Part shown: positions 51,714 through 64,000 of the stretch, one piece after another | How the letters are laid out: each line of letters starts with the position of its first letter | How positions within the stretch are numbered: the first letter of the stretch is position 1 | From: Octopus vulgaris | Taxonomy: Eukaryota | Assembly: GCA_951406725.2 (NCBI GenBank) | Contig: OX597815.1 | Span: 75,020,001 to 75,084,000 of the forward strand | Direction of reading: 5' to 3' | DNA: 64,000 nucleotides | Notes under the pieces: generated by a model | The model's database searches: none | The model's input: only the letters and a program-made list of their open reading frames with translations | What the model was told of the DNA's origin: nothing | Position numbers and translations under genes: made by a program

Positions 51714-52942
51714 CAGGATGCGTGAGATATTTGAGGACATACCTTTTTTGGGTCATTGCTGCATTTTTTGCTAACTCTGCATAATCTCTGTTTCAGAAAA
51801 TGATAATGACAGACCCTCAGCTTACTCAAGAAATGAAGAGGCATGCTGTTATTGTGGTTATAAAGGCTGAGCATAGCGATTTAGAAATATCTCGATTTTT
51901 AAACGTTGCCAGATCTTTTGTCTACACAGTTTGTGAGGAGCTAGAGACTGAAGATGGAAACGTATCTCCAGTATCAAACCATAAAAAGCATTCTAAACGT
52001 TCTGAAATAATCAGAACACCTGAATTTATCCAGCAAGTCCATTGATTACAATCCCAGAAAGTCCATGAGATCAATTGCAAAAGATCTCCATGTGTCAGAA
52101 GGAACAGTCAGAAATGTTGACCACGAAGACATGAGATATAAGTCTTATATGATGAGGAAAGGTAATATGTCAGAAAAAGCAAAAGAAAATCACTACATCA
52201 GTTCTAAAAGGCTCTTAAACAAACTAAAAAATCCAGCAGAAGAAGATTTGATTTGTTTTTTTCTCAAACGAGAAAAACTTCGACCAAGATCAAAAAGTTA
52301 ACAGAAGAAATGACAGATGGTTATGTGCAGACACTTCTGAAGTTCCAAGTGTTATGCATACAAAGTTTTTTGCATCTGTCATGGTTCTAGGGGTTGTCAG
52401 CAATGAAGACCATGTAATGCCTCCTTACTTCTTTCCACAATGCCTTAGAGTTAACTCTGTCTCCTACATTGAGGTCCTGGAAATAATTGTTAAGCCCTGG
52501 ATAGACAGTGTATGCAATGGAAGGCCATATGTGTTTCAGTAAGACTCTGTACTATCACACATGGCTCTAGTAATACAGGAATTGAAGGCTGAAAATTTTC
52601 ATGATCACATAACCCCTAACATTTGACTTCTTAATTCCCCAGATGTGAATCCATTAGACTATCACATGTGGAGCGTTGTTGAAAGAGAGGTCAATGAACA
52701 CGCCCATAACACTAGAGATTCTTTGAAAGATGCCATAGTCAGAATAATGTCCAAAATGAACCAGGACCACTTGATTCGAGCATGTAGATCATTTAGATCT
52801 CACACAGAAGCAGTTGTTGAAGCTGAAAGTGGCTTTATTGAATAACATTATAGAAAATGTTTCATAAATAAAGTTATATGTTGTTATATATCTGTTTTTT
52901 TTTATACACATAAATCTGTCCTCAAATATCTTACGCACTCTG
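51714..52942 (+). mobile_element. Tc1/mariner DD37D (maT-type) transposon, second copy
   Basis: TIRs CAGGATGCGTGAGATATTTGAGGACA / TGTCCTCAAATATCTTACGCACTCTG; 37 codons counted between the D of DSVLSH and the D of NPLDY; stops and frameshifts. Confidence 0.92.
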
Positions 52943-53225
52943 TATATACGATTAAAAAATTGCACAGAAGGACGACAAAGGAACACTCGGAAAAAAAAGT
53001 CACACACAAAACGTGGACATACTCAATCCTTATCAGTTATCGACCCAAAATCATCACAATTTCGCACCATCATCGATAAGGTTGTTCATTTTGGTGTCGT
53101 CAATAGCAAAAGGTTTGGGGATAAGTGAACAGACGTCAAGGACGGTGACGAAAACATAAGCAAACAATAAACGACGATAAGACAAAGACAAGATACCACG
53201 GAAAACGACACTGATAGTTGGCATG

Positions 53226-53343
<118 letters not shown>

Positions 53344-53639
53344 CTTTCAGCAATAAGAAAGCATAAGACAATACACGTGCAGAAGTAACGCTAATGGAAA
53401 AAAATGTCCTATAGGACTTGAAAATGACAGTAGAGAGATAAAAAAAACCGAAAGAAAGATAGAAGGAGTGGGGAATAGATAGAAAGATCGAACGAAAGGT
53501 GGAAAAATAAGATGAATCCAGGGCTGAAAGTGAACGCTGAAATTCTACAGAAGCAATAACGCTCTGAAATCGGTGATCTTGGAGCTTAGATAGTATTGCT
53601 GATGTAAATCCTCAACATATCCTTCTTGACATAACTTTC

Positions 53640-54575
53640 GGTACCGCGATCATTGCTTGCAGCAAATAATAAAATTTAGTTCAATTTAGCGGTGGGCTTT
53701 GACATATTCCCCACTAGTATCCTAAAGGTGTTTAGACATCAACTTGCATCTCTTTTTACTCGTCTCTGGAGGATTTCACTGTTATTCCTGAACAGTTTGT
53801 GTTTCAATCTATCGTCCGAGATTTTGAAAAGGAAATAAATCGCTTGTTGTGAATTACCGTCAGGCCCCACTAAACTTATATCATTAAAATATTCGAGAGA
53901 GTAGTAAGAAGATAAATAACTACCTTCCTTGAGAAAAATCGACTCCTCGAGCCCATCTAACATGGTTTTCGAGCTGGAAGAGACTGCTCGACGCAGGTCT
54001 TCCATCACTTTGATAGTATCCTAAATGCTCCGAGAGAGGGCTACAAAACAGACGTCATTTATCTTAACTTCAGTCCGTGATAAGCTACTGCAGTGGACTT
54101 AATGTTTTCTGACCAACTGAACCCAACATGTTTTGTTCTATGGAGTTTGCTCAAGACTAGCAAAAGTCATTAGTGGAGTTTCTTAGAAAACTGAATTGGG
54201 TCCACTTCTATTTATAATTTATATAAATGACATTGCAAATGTCATCAAACATAGAATAAAGTCGTTTTCAGATGATTTCTAAGCACCAGAATATCAAGGG
54301 ATAATGTGACTGAACAGAAATCCAATCCTGTCTACATGCTGTGATTCTGTGTGTGTGTCTTTCTCTGTGCCTCTCTCTCATCTTCTCCCTCTCTCCCCCT
54401 TTTCTCTTTCTGTGAAACCACAAACTGCTAAAGAGGAAAAATTCGAAAAGAGAATGTACTTAAACTGTCACATTATTTCCCCCCAGGAAAGCTTCTCGTA
54501 TCGTCAACTAATACCAGAGTCTTAGACGTAACTGTGGACAGCAACCCAAGTTTCAGAGTGCTAAGTTAACAAATT
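53640..54575. mobile_element. Highly degraded CR1/L2-type LINE remnants
   Basis: DVIYLNFS, GPLLFIIYINDI and FSDD on + from ~54050; weaker similarity on - upstream. Confidence 0.5.
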
Positions 54576-54750
54576 CAAGAAAGTTGTAGAGGTCAAAATT
54601 GAAGTCAAAAGCATTGAGATGTTTCACTTACTTTATTTCATTTATGGAATGTTTTTTTTTTAAATATGAAGTATATATAACAACAATATAAAATTAATAT
54701 CTATCTTTTACCTCTTAGACTACGTCAATTCTGGGATATGTGTGTGTGTG

Positions 54751-54810
<60 letters not shown>

Positions 54811-55023
54811 CAGTCATAATGCTTACACACACACATGGCTGAAGGAGGTCTAGCACCACGGTGGTGCTCCAGCATGACCGCGGCCATATGGCTGAAACGA
54901 GTAAAAGGGTATATGTTTAAGATATGTCATGCGGTTAGATGGACGCTTATTCATACCATTTCACTCCATGGAGACCATGGACATTTCCTAAAGAGTCAAC
55001 CACACCACTGTTTATATACATTA

Positions 55024-57116
55024 CACTGAGGAACATGAAAATTGGTGCCTGAGATAGAACATTTTTTGAGTAAGTTTTGGTCTCTAATTCTAAATATGCC
55101 ATTCGTTTTTTTTCCCATCACCTCTGGTTACTGAGATATGATATACTCCTAGATTAATTAAACGAATTCATACACGTAGATATATTTTATTTATGAAGAA
55201 TTTTCGTCAGAGAATAAGATAATAATGAAACAAACATAGAAATTTGTCACTGATACAGTTCATTTACTCAGATATCTCACAAAAGCGAAGCTTCAAGACC
55301 TCTTGCAGGGAGCTGCGCCAGGGCAATCACTTTGAATAGACCAGCAGTAATCTGACAACATGTGAGTATCCAGTGTCCGCGGTATCTTTCTTACATAGTT
55401 CTTAAATCTCGGTGGAATCGTTCACCCTGCTCTTCGTTTAGATCACCAAGGTTTTCTAGGAAACGATCCAAGTGACTGTGGAGATAATGCACCTTGATAC
55501 TCATTGTACAGCCAAGTTGACGGAAAGAATATAACATCTTCTCCACTAGTTCAGTGTAATTGTTTGCTTCAAGAAAATTCTGTACAGCCATAATGGAAGA
55601 AGACTTGGAGCTAACTGTGGATAGCAACCCAAGCTTCATAGTGCTAAGTTAAATTTTATCAGAATCTATCTCAGCAGTGTTCATTGACTCTTTGAAATGT
55701 GGATCTTTCCTGAGTCCTCTGATTTGCGAACCGTCAAAAATATCTGCCTTTTACTTCTCCATACTTAGTGCTGGATATTTTTTACAGATGTAGCCAAAGT
55801 ATCTCTCCTCTTTGTTCAGAGCCTTTACAAACTGTTTCATTAAACCTAATCTGATGTGCAGTGGTGGTAAAATGATCTTATTCTGATCAACCAATTTTTC
55901 TGAAATTACATTCTTTTCTCCTACAACTATGTTTTCTCTCATAAGTTACTGTTTTCTCACCCAGTGCTCATCCTTAGATCTACTATCCCAGAGACAGATA
56001 AAGCAGGGGTACTTAGTATATCCACTCTGATGGCACAGGATAAAATTTACCATCTTTTGATCCACACAGATCAACCACTGGTGATCGTGGTATGATATTT
56101 TCTGTAGGACCGGAGCAACTGGTTTTTGCTCTTCAATCATCTTAGTTGAGTGACCAATTGTGATCGATCCATATCTGTTTCCATTTTGTAAAAGCACACA
56201 TTTTAAACTCTGCTTAGAACTGTCTATGAACAACCGCCATTTGCTTACTAGATATTGTGATATGCCCATTTTCATCAGCAAGCGTTGAACATTGTTGCTA
56301 AAAAACAAAATCACTTTCCGCCGAGAAGAACGGCAGCAAATCTCTTTCTCTACTGCAAAAGTATGTGATTTTGGATGCAATAAATTGTTCTCTGCTAGTC
56401 TAGACGCCAACAATTCTACTGATTTCTTTCAGAGATTTAGATCCCTAACGAGGTCATTGAGCTGTGGCTGATTAAAAACATGTGCCACTGATAAGGTCCC
56501 TTCAAAATCAGTGGTACCATAACTACTGTTTACAGGTGAAGAACAAGATTCTTCTTCTTCATAGAGCTCTTCTAGATTAATGAATGATGAGACTGGTATT
56601 TAATCTGAGTGTATAACAGGTCGTTTTGCCGAGTCTAAGTCAGGATACATCCATATACCCCGATTACGTGCATTAATGCTCTTTATGTCAACCAGACAGA
56701 AGTAACAATCTTCACTATGATTCCTCTGTTCTCTCCTTACCGTAAGTATACCAAATTTCAGACATATCGTCGTATCAGTTGTCCACTGCTGAAGGTGCTC
56801 AATACAAGTTTTACAATGTTTGGAGCATATGTCTTATCTTGGTCTTTAGTTTTATTCTGAAATAGCTTTTCACAAAAACAGAAATGGATTTTCTCTGTTC
56901 CCTGAATGTATATTCAAGTATTTGTCAAATACATTACATACCATCTCTGATTTTATAATAATCATGTCGGCAGCCTATCCCAGATTCATGTGTGGGCAGC
57001 TTTACATTATCTCAAAAAGCAGAGCTGGCTAGAAAGAAATGAACATATTGAATATACCTAAGATCAAGTCCTAAACCTGAGGCACCAAGAGATTTTTCTC
57101 CATTTGTTCTCCAGTG
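55024..57116 (-). mobile_element. Chapaev3-type (CMC) DNA transposon, degenerate
   Basis: CAC...GTG termini with imperfect TIRs and TTA/TAA flanks; REQRNH..DCYFC, WRLFIDSSK.SLKCVLL, GYTKYPCFICLWDSR, PPLHIRLGLMKQFVKAL, KVHYLHSHLD and EEQGERFH motifs. Confidence 0.82.
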
Positions 57117-57400
57117 TAATCCATGGCAGTCCCGAATTCAGTTAGATAAATGATAATGAACGTAGAAATTATTCTCATAATCACATACATCGTTGTTTTG
57201 TGAAGTGAATTAGAAACGAATCCGAAAATGTTACTAATGGTAGTTCGTCATTTCAAGCTAAACATATTTGTATTCATAGAAACTTATTTGGTAGACAAGC
57301 ACGTCCAATAATCCAAAACTGTTTAAAATTTTGGCACGAGATCAAGTATTTTGAAGTGAGAGGGTAAGTCGATTACATCAATCCTCAGTACTTTATTGTA

Positions 57401-58299
57401 CGAGGTGGTATCAAAAAATTCCCGGATTAATTTTGTAGCACGCCAACAAATGGCAGCACACAGTTGCGTGCACAGTGAAAGCTAGCAGTAATCTTCATGA
57501 GGCAGTGTGTCGAGTGACATCGTTGTGTTTACTTTGCAAGTTGTGAAATTTGTGGTCTTGTGATCATTTGTGAGCTGTAGTTAGCGATTTTTGTCATGGA
57601 CAGAAAGTTGAAACAAAGAGCCAACGTAAAATTTTGCGTTAAACTTGGGAAGTCTGCTACAGAGATATTGAGCATGCTTCGACAAGCCTATGGCGACGAG
57701 GCAATGGGTAATTCACAACGTTTCGAGTGACACAGGCGCACGACAGAGCCGCAGCTAAATCAAGAGCATGCTCATCGTTTTTTCGACATCCGCGGTATTG
57801 TGCATCAAGAATTGGTTCTTCCCACTTCGGGCCAGAACAGCAATCGAGAGTTCTACTGCGACATTTTGAAGCGTTTGAGGGAGGACATTCGGCGAAAGCG
57901 ACTGGATCTGTGGACCGCGAAGAATTGGATTCTTCACGACGACAATGTACACTGTCACCGAGCTCTCTTCACTCGTGAGGTTCTCACCCAAAACAACATG
58001 GTATCGTTTCCGCACCCGCTCTATTCACCAGATTTAGCACCTTCGGACTCTCATCTCTTCCCCAAAATGAAAATGCAGCTCAAATAATACCGTTGTCGAG
58101 ATCCAGAGCGAATCGCAGAAGGTCCTCGACTCACTTACGGAAAACGACTTCCAGGCCGGATTCCAAAAGTGGCAGGAACGCTGGGATCAGTGTTTTGTTG
58201 CGCAGGTGACTATTTCGAAGGAGATGATGTTAAAACTTAGGTAAATAAGTTATTTTTTATTGAACATAACTATCCCGGGAACTTTTTGATACCACCTCG
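57401..58299 (+). mobile_element. Internally deleted mariner (DD34D-type) element
   Basis: TIRs CGAGGTGGTATCAAAAA..TTCCCGG with TA flanks; QRANVKFCVKLGKSATE, KSMLIVFFD, LHDDN and YSPDLAPSD motifs. Confidence 0.92.
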
Positions 58300-58399
58300 T
58301 ATCTACCACACCGTTTTTCAACCATTTTGATTCCCATTTTACTCTACTGGACTTCCATAACCATTCGATGTTTAAAAAGTCCTATTATATTTTTATATA

Positions 58400-58776
58400 T
58401 GCTTAGCAGTGTTTCGTCTGCCGTTACGTTCTGAGTTCAAATTCCGCCGAGGTCGACTTTGCTTTTCGTCCTTTCGGGGTCGATAAATTAAGTACCAGTT
58501 ACGCACTGGGGTCGATGTAATCGACTTAATCCGTTTGTCTGTCCTTGTTTGTCCCCTCTGTGTTTAGCCCCTTGTGGGTAGTAAAGAAATAGGTATTTCG
58601 CCAGTCTTTACGTTCTGAGTTCAAATTCCGCCGAGGTCGACTTTGCCTTTCATCCTTTCAGGGTCGATAAATTAAGTACCAGTTACGCACTGGGGTTGAT
58701 GTAATCGACTTAATCCGTTTGTCTGTCCTTGTTTGTCCCCTCTATGTTTAGCCCCTTGTGGGCAATAAAGAAATAA
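58400..58776 (+). mobile_element. Head-to-tail dimer of a young SINE (two ~185-bp units)
   Basis: TTACGTTCTGAGTTCAAATTCCGCCGAGGTCGAC...TTTAGCCCCTTGTGGG..TAAAGAAATA occurs twice. Confidence 0.88.
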
Positions 58777-60962
58777 GAGTCATACGGACCCCAGTTGGGA
58801 CCACTGGTCTATCGGGAAAGGATGAAAGGAAAGTTGACTTTGGCGGGATTTGAGCTTAGATAATAAAGAGCCGGAAAAATGCCGCTAAGCATTTTATCCA
58901 GTGTACTAATGATTCTGCGAGCTTGTCGCCTTAAATGATCCAAAAATTAAGAGGATTAAGAGGATGTTGGATGATAGGAGCTAAGCGTTTATGTGTTAAT
59001 TAATTTAGCAATGGCACCTAATCAAAGGTCATTAAATCCTCTAGATTATTTAATCACTTTTCGTTTACTGTCTCGTTCTCAGAGTTGAAGCATTTCTTAA
59101 GTGTTTTTGCAGTTAATGACAATTTAAATTTTAATTAAATCATGAGACTTGTTGTGGATTGCCAAAAGCAGCATAACACTGGACCAAATGACGAACAACA
59201 TTTAACTCTCTATCTCTTCTGAGTTTAAATCCCACGGGAATAGTGTTTTCCTTTTGTCCCTCTTGGGGCGGGAGTATGAAATATGTACCAATTATGTACG
59301 AGGGTCGAGTGATCGATCAGACCCTGTGCCAATGTAATAACACTTAAATTAAATTACGTTGGCTAGATTATTTCGTAATAGGCGAATTGAGAGGAATGTG
59401 TTGGCTACTTGGCTAAAGAGTCTTCAGGTTATTAATCGCCATTAGCTCTCATTGTCTATAGGGAACACGCGCGCGTGCACACACACACACACACACGCAC
59501 GCACACTCTCTCTCTCTCACACACACGCACATCAGGTATTAAAGTGTTTTACTCCATTGTCTTTCTCTTTAATTGGTCGCTTTTTATCGGGTGAGTATTA
59601 AATTATTCTTTTACCCTTTTACTTGTTTCAGTTATTGGACTGCCGGCATACTGGGACACTACTTTGAAAGGGTTTAGTCTATCAAATCCATCCCAGTACT
59701 TATTTTAGGTGTGATACTTATCCTATTGGTATCTTTTTGAGGACCGTCAATTTATAGGAACGTAGACAAGGTAATACCGGTTGTCAGGGAATGAAAAATA
59801 AACAATCACACATGTGTATACGTAGAGCACCGGCATAGATTCCCCATCACCATATTCACTCACAAGCTATTGGTCGGTCCAGATCTAGAAGATGCTGGCC
59901 TAAGGTAGCGCGCGCTGGGATTGAACCTAAAAGCACATGGCTGCGAAACGAAGTCTTAAATCACAACAACCATGCCAATTGTTTTAAACTTCGACTAATT
60001 TGTTAAAGCTAACAACCGCAGAAAAAAAAAAAAAAAACGGGTGAATTGGTAGGGTCGTTAGAACGTTGGATAAAATACCTCGCAGTATATGTTTTAACTA
60101 TCAGCAGCCTGAGTTCAAATTCCACCGGGATTAAGTTTGCCTTTCAACCTTTCGGAGGTTGATAAAAATATCAATCTGGGTTGGCGGATGAACAGAACTG
60201 TTAGAAAGTCGGATGAGATGTCTAGTGGTATCTATTCTAGGTCTTTGTGTCCTGACAGCAATGACTGCTACAACCCTGCCGCCAAGTTGTATTGGTCCCA
60301 AGAAGAGAGGGATACTTACTTGTATAGAAAACTGACAGTCTTCAAAAAAAGAAGAAAAAAAAAAGAAAATCCTTCTTACCCAGGCCTGCACATATATGTA
60401 CTAGCGTATGGTCAACATTGATCGACGGAGGATCTATTTAACAAGATAAAGACCAATGGATGACAATTGAGCTGATTGAAAATTGCTATTAAGTAGGAAT
60501 CGTTTCGGAACAACTGTTGAAGAAAAATGCAAAAGTCCAGCCCTTTGCAAAGAAGGAAATAAAAAATGTTACAAAAAAAAAAAAAAAATGCAGTGTCACC
60601 CTTTATACAGATTATGTAAGTCTAGGAATTAGGAGGCTGAAGTATGCCCAATAAAATTACGAATATTAATCTTCAAAAATAGGCTCTCGTACGAAATTGC
60701 CAAAGCTTCAATGTTTTTCTAAAACAACGAGCGAAAGAGACAGTTGAGCAGAGTGAAACAGAAACATTTAAATTTTATTTTGAGTCTAAATAATTTTCTT
60801 TACTTCAAGCATTTATGTCTCCCAGTTAACTTCATCTCCATCCCGTAGCAAGTACTTGCTGGGGATGATGGTGGCGTTTGTCTCAGATCACTTTCTAATT
60901 TTGAAAATCCGAAGGATTCAACACAATAATTTCCTGGGGCTGATGATGGTGATGACGATGAC

Positions 60963-60995
<33 letters not shown>

Positions 60996-61645
60996 GAGGA
61001 GGAGAAGGTGATGAAGGTGAAAGTTGGCCTCGTAGGGATTTGATGAATCCAGAAAGTGAAGATTCAAAGTGGAGAGATCCAACGAGTATGAAGAGACATG
61101 GATTCCGACGCAGAACAGTGTTGGTAATAGAATACGAACCACAAGGCTCTAGTTCATTTGCAACGTTCATACGAACGGATCGAATAGCGTCTGGTCTTGA
61201 TTTCTGTTGTTCATGTGGAGTCGGATAGAACAGGTTCTAGGCCACCATCCTCAACTAGTCTCCCTATTCCGATCAACTGTACTTGTCAACACAAACATCA
61301 GTTTGTTGTAATTTACAGAGATTTCAGCTCTGATCAACAGATCTAGGGACAGAATGTTCCATCCGTACCCATCCTATCTTATTGTATTTTAAGAGAATGT
61401 ATCTAGAACAACAATATTCAATGCATCAATGTTTTGACCGTCATACTCATACGTGATCCAAGACGTTAACAGCCTAGAGTGAAATGACTTTCGAGTTGGA
61501 ATCAACGTCATCCGCGACCTTATTGTACAGCATTTATAACATATTTGACCCAGGGTTTTATAATTTCAAAGCTGTTCAATAGACACCGCTGACTATCTCA
61601 CCTATCTTTTAAAAGCTTTATCACATCTCAGCAAAAAGTATTTAA

Positions 61646-61865
61646 CCCTTTATCATTCAGACTTCTCTGTCAAATGTACTACTTCATTATTCACACTGTT
61701 TTGAATTAATCATGCATTGCTTTGTTGCTCTGAGATTTTGACGATGTGATTGCTTATTTTTAGAATAACAATGTAGCTTAGGCGTGAGAGGTGGGATCTT
61801 GCTGATTTGAACATAAAACAGGTAGAATATTTTGGCCGGATATTGCCGATTTAAATGCTAAAGGG
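61646..61865. mobile_element. piggyBac-like MITE
   Basis: TTAA|CCCTTTATCATT...AATGCTAAAGGG termini (right TTAA degenerate); shorter relative at ~24235-24350. Confidence 0.6.
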
Positions 61866-62137
61866 TTTTAAGTGTGAATAGGTTTTCGACTTTAGACCTA
61901 AAAAACAGTTTACAGTGTCAAAACGGTGTCTGTGTTCTCCATAAGAACACAGACGCCGTTTTGAAGACAAAAAAGAAAACAAAATGTTTGACTCTTTCGA
62001 AACTTTGAGTTGCTAATGTAGTTTTGTAGACATCGTCTATAAAGTTAATTTACAACTCATTTGTTTTTACATACACACTCGTACGCACAAACATATGCTC
62101 AGAGAGAGACAGAGAAAACTATGTATATATATATAAC

Positions 62138-62170
<33 letters not shown>

Positions 62171-62394
62171 CATACATACATACATACGTTAAATTGTGAT
62201 TAGTGTTTTAAAGTAAGTTTGAGCATAACAACGGAACATATACTGATGAGGAAACTCAGAATCGGGAGCGGGGTCAAATTACTTGTAAAATTCGTGTTGA
62301 CGAGGACTTAAATTTAGCCAGTCGGCTTATTCAACGAATAAACAATTTGGTGAAACTTAAAGTCCCTTTTAATGCGAATTTTACAATAAATTTG

Positions 62395-62423
62395 TACGTG
62401 TGTGTACGTGTGCGTACATGCGC

Positions 62424-62454
<31 letters not shown>

Positions 62455-62852
62455 TGTATGTATGTATGTATGTATGTATGTATGTATGTATGTATGTATG
62501 TATGTATGTATGTGTGTATGTATGTATGTATGTATGTATGTATGTATGTATATATGCATGTATGCATGTATGTATTTATGTATGTGTGTATGTATGTATG
62601 TATGTATGTATGTATGTATGTATGTATGTATGTATGTATGCGTGTATGTATGTATACATTTATGTATGTATGCGTGTAAGTATGCATGTATGCATGTATG
62701 TATGTATGTATGTATGTATGTATGTATGTATGTGTGTATGTATGCATATATGCATGCGTGCATGTATGCATGTATGCATGCATGTATGTATGCATGTATG
62801 CATGCATGTATGTATGTACGTATGTATGTATGTATGTATGTATGTGTGTGTA
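62395..62852. repeat. Imperfect (TATG)n microsatellite
   Basis: Directly visible. Confidence 0.97.
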
Positions 62853-63164
62853 TTTATATATATATTATATAATTTAAAATTAATAACAGAATGGTAAAAT
62901 TTATTAATCAAGTTAATTAATCAATTAATTAACAATTTTAGCAAGTAGATCGGTACGTTAAAATAATCTTTATATGTAAAATTATCCACATAATTATAAT
63001 TAGAGTGAAGCAGTTAGCTGAGCCCTAATTATAATCATATATATATATATATATATATGAGTAAAAACATAATAAATGCACAAACAAACGGTAAATAGAC
63101 ACAGATGGTCCCCAATTACTCATCGGTGTCAATTATATATACGCGCGTACACGCGCGTGTATAA

Positions 63165-63482
63165 TTGACACTCAGTTGTTTACAACGACGAGGGTCCCAG
63201 TCGATCCGAACAGTAGAACAGTCTGCTCGTGAAATTAACGTGCAAGTAATGGAGCGCTCCAGAGAAACGCGTGCCCTTAACGTGGTGTTCAGGGAGATTC
63301 AGCATGACACTGAATGTGATAAAGCTGGGCTTTTGAAATACAGGTACAACTCATTTTCGCCAGCTGAGTGGACTGGAAGAACGTGAAATAAAGCATCTTA
63401 CTCAAGGACACGACGCGCCGTCCGGAATCGAAATCACGACCTTACGATCATGAACTAAATACCTTAACCAGTAAACCATATG
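63165..63482 (-). mobile_element. tRNA-derived SINE (third family)
   Basis: On -: GGTTTACTGGTTAAGG...GATTTCGATTCCGG head; homologous to 46530-46850. Confidence 0.65.
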
Positions 63483-64000
63483 CTTTCACATCCACGCACG
63501 CGCGCGTGCAGAAACACACACATCCATACACGCATATATATATTCATATGCACTACACAAGTATGAATACAAGACAGTTTTCTAGTTTTATCTCTTTCCA
63601 TAAAATTTCTTTTCCATTTTTTCACTTGAGTGTTTTTTATCTTGCTCAGAACAGTAAACTCGCTAAACCCACGATGTTTCTCAACCTTCGTAGTCTCATA
63701 TTTAGGATGAAGTAGTGTGGCAGTGCGTTGCTACCACTTTAGGCAATAAACCCTAATTAAGAAAAGAAAACTAGAATACAGCTTTGTATTCAATATGTTT
63801 CTAAAAGAAAAGCCTTGCACATGCGCATGTACACACACACACACACATAAACGTATTGGGAACTACGAAGAATATATAAATTTTAAATGAATTTAAATTG
63901 ACAAATTCTGTATGACATACAAAATTACTTACCCATTTGGTTGCATTTTCTGAAGAGGAATCCTGATTCTCCATTACTTCAATTATTGAAGATCTGTAGA

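Noticed and set aside
60895-61170. Poly-His/Pro ORF
   Set aside because: Translation of a (GAT)n/(GGA)n microsatellite with no domain or splice support.
62243-62256. CTGATGAGGAAAC as a hammerhead core
   Set aside because: There is no stem II between CUGAUGA and GAAA and no supporting stems I or III.

Overview
AT-rich, microsatellite- and transposon-dense eukaryotic DNA. The SINE/LINE repertoire and (TA)/(CATA)/(TAA) tracts look cephalopod (Octopus-like); that assignment is inference. Two host genes lie tail-to-tail. On + are the last three coding exons of galactose-1-phosphate uridylyltransferase (GALT, 7273-19527). On - is a complete 8-exon survival motor neuron gene (SMN, ATG at 38508, stop at 21180, ~254 aa, all introns phase 0). 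Introns and intergenic DNA hold CR1/L2-type, RTE, Tx1-type and R4/Dong-type LINEs, Helitrons (including a perfect head-to-tail dimer), DD37D and DD34D Tc1/mariner elements, a Chapaev3-type transposon, MITEs and many tRNA-derived SINEs. The most unusual object is at 42197-44590: a ~548-bp inverted repeat in which each arm carries an inward-facing CCAAT/E2F/E-box/MYB/TATA promoter cassette. Downstream of the TATA box, the transitions between the arms are almost all G:U-compatible on the + strand, and the 1.3-kb loop holds LINE fragments and a SINE with a degenerate hammerhead motif. It is a candidate long-hairpin-RNA (endo-siRNA or ADAR-substrate) locus. All alignments and counts were done by eye.
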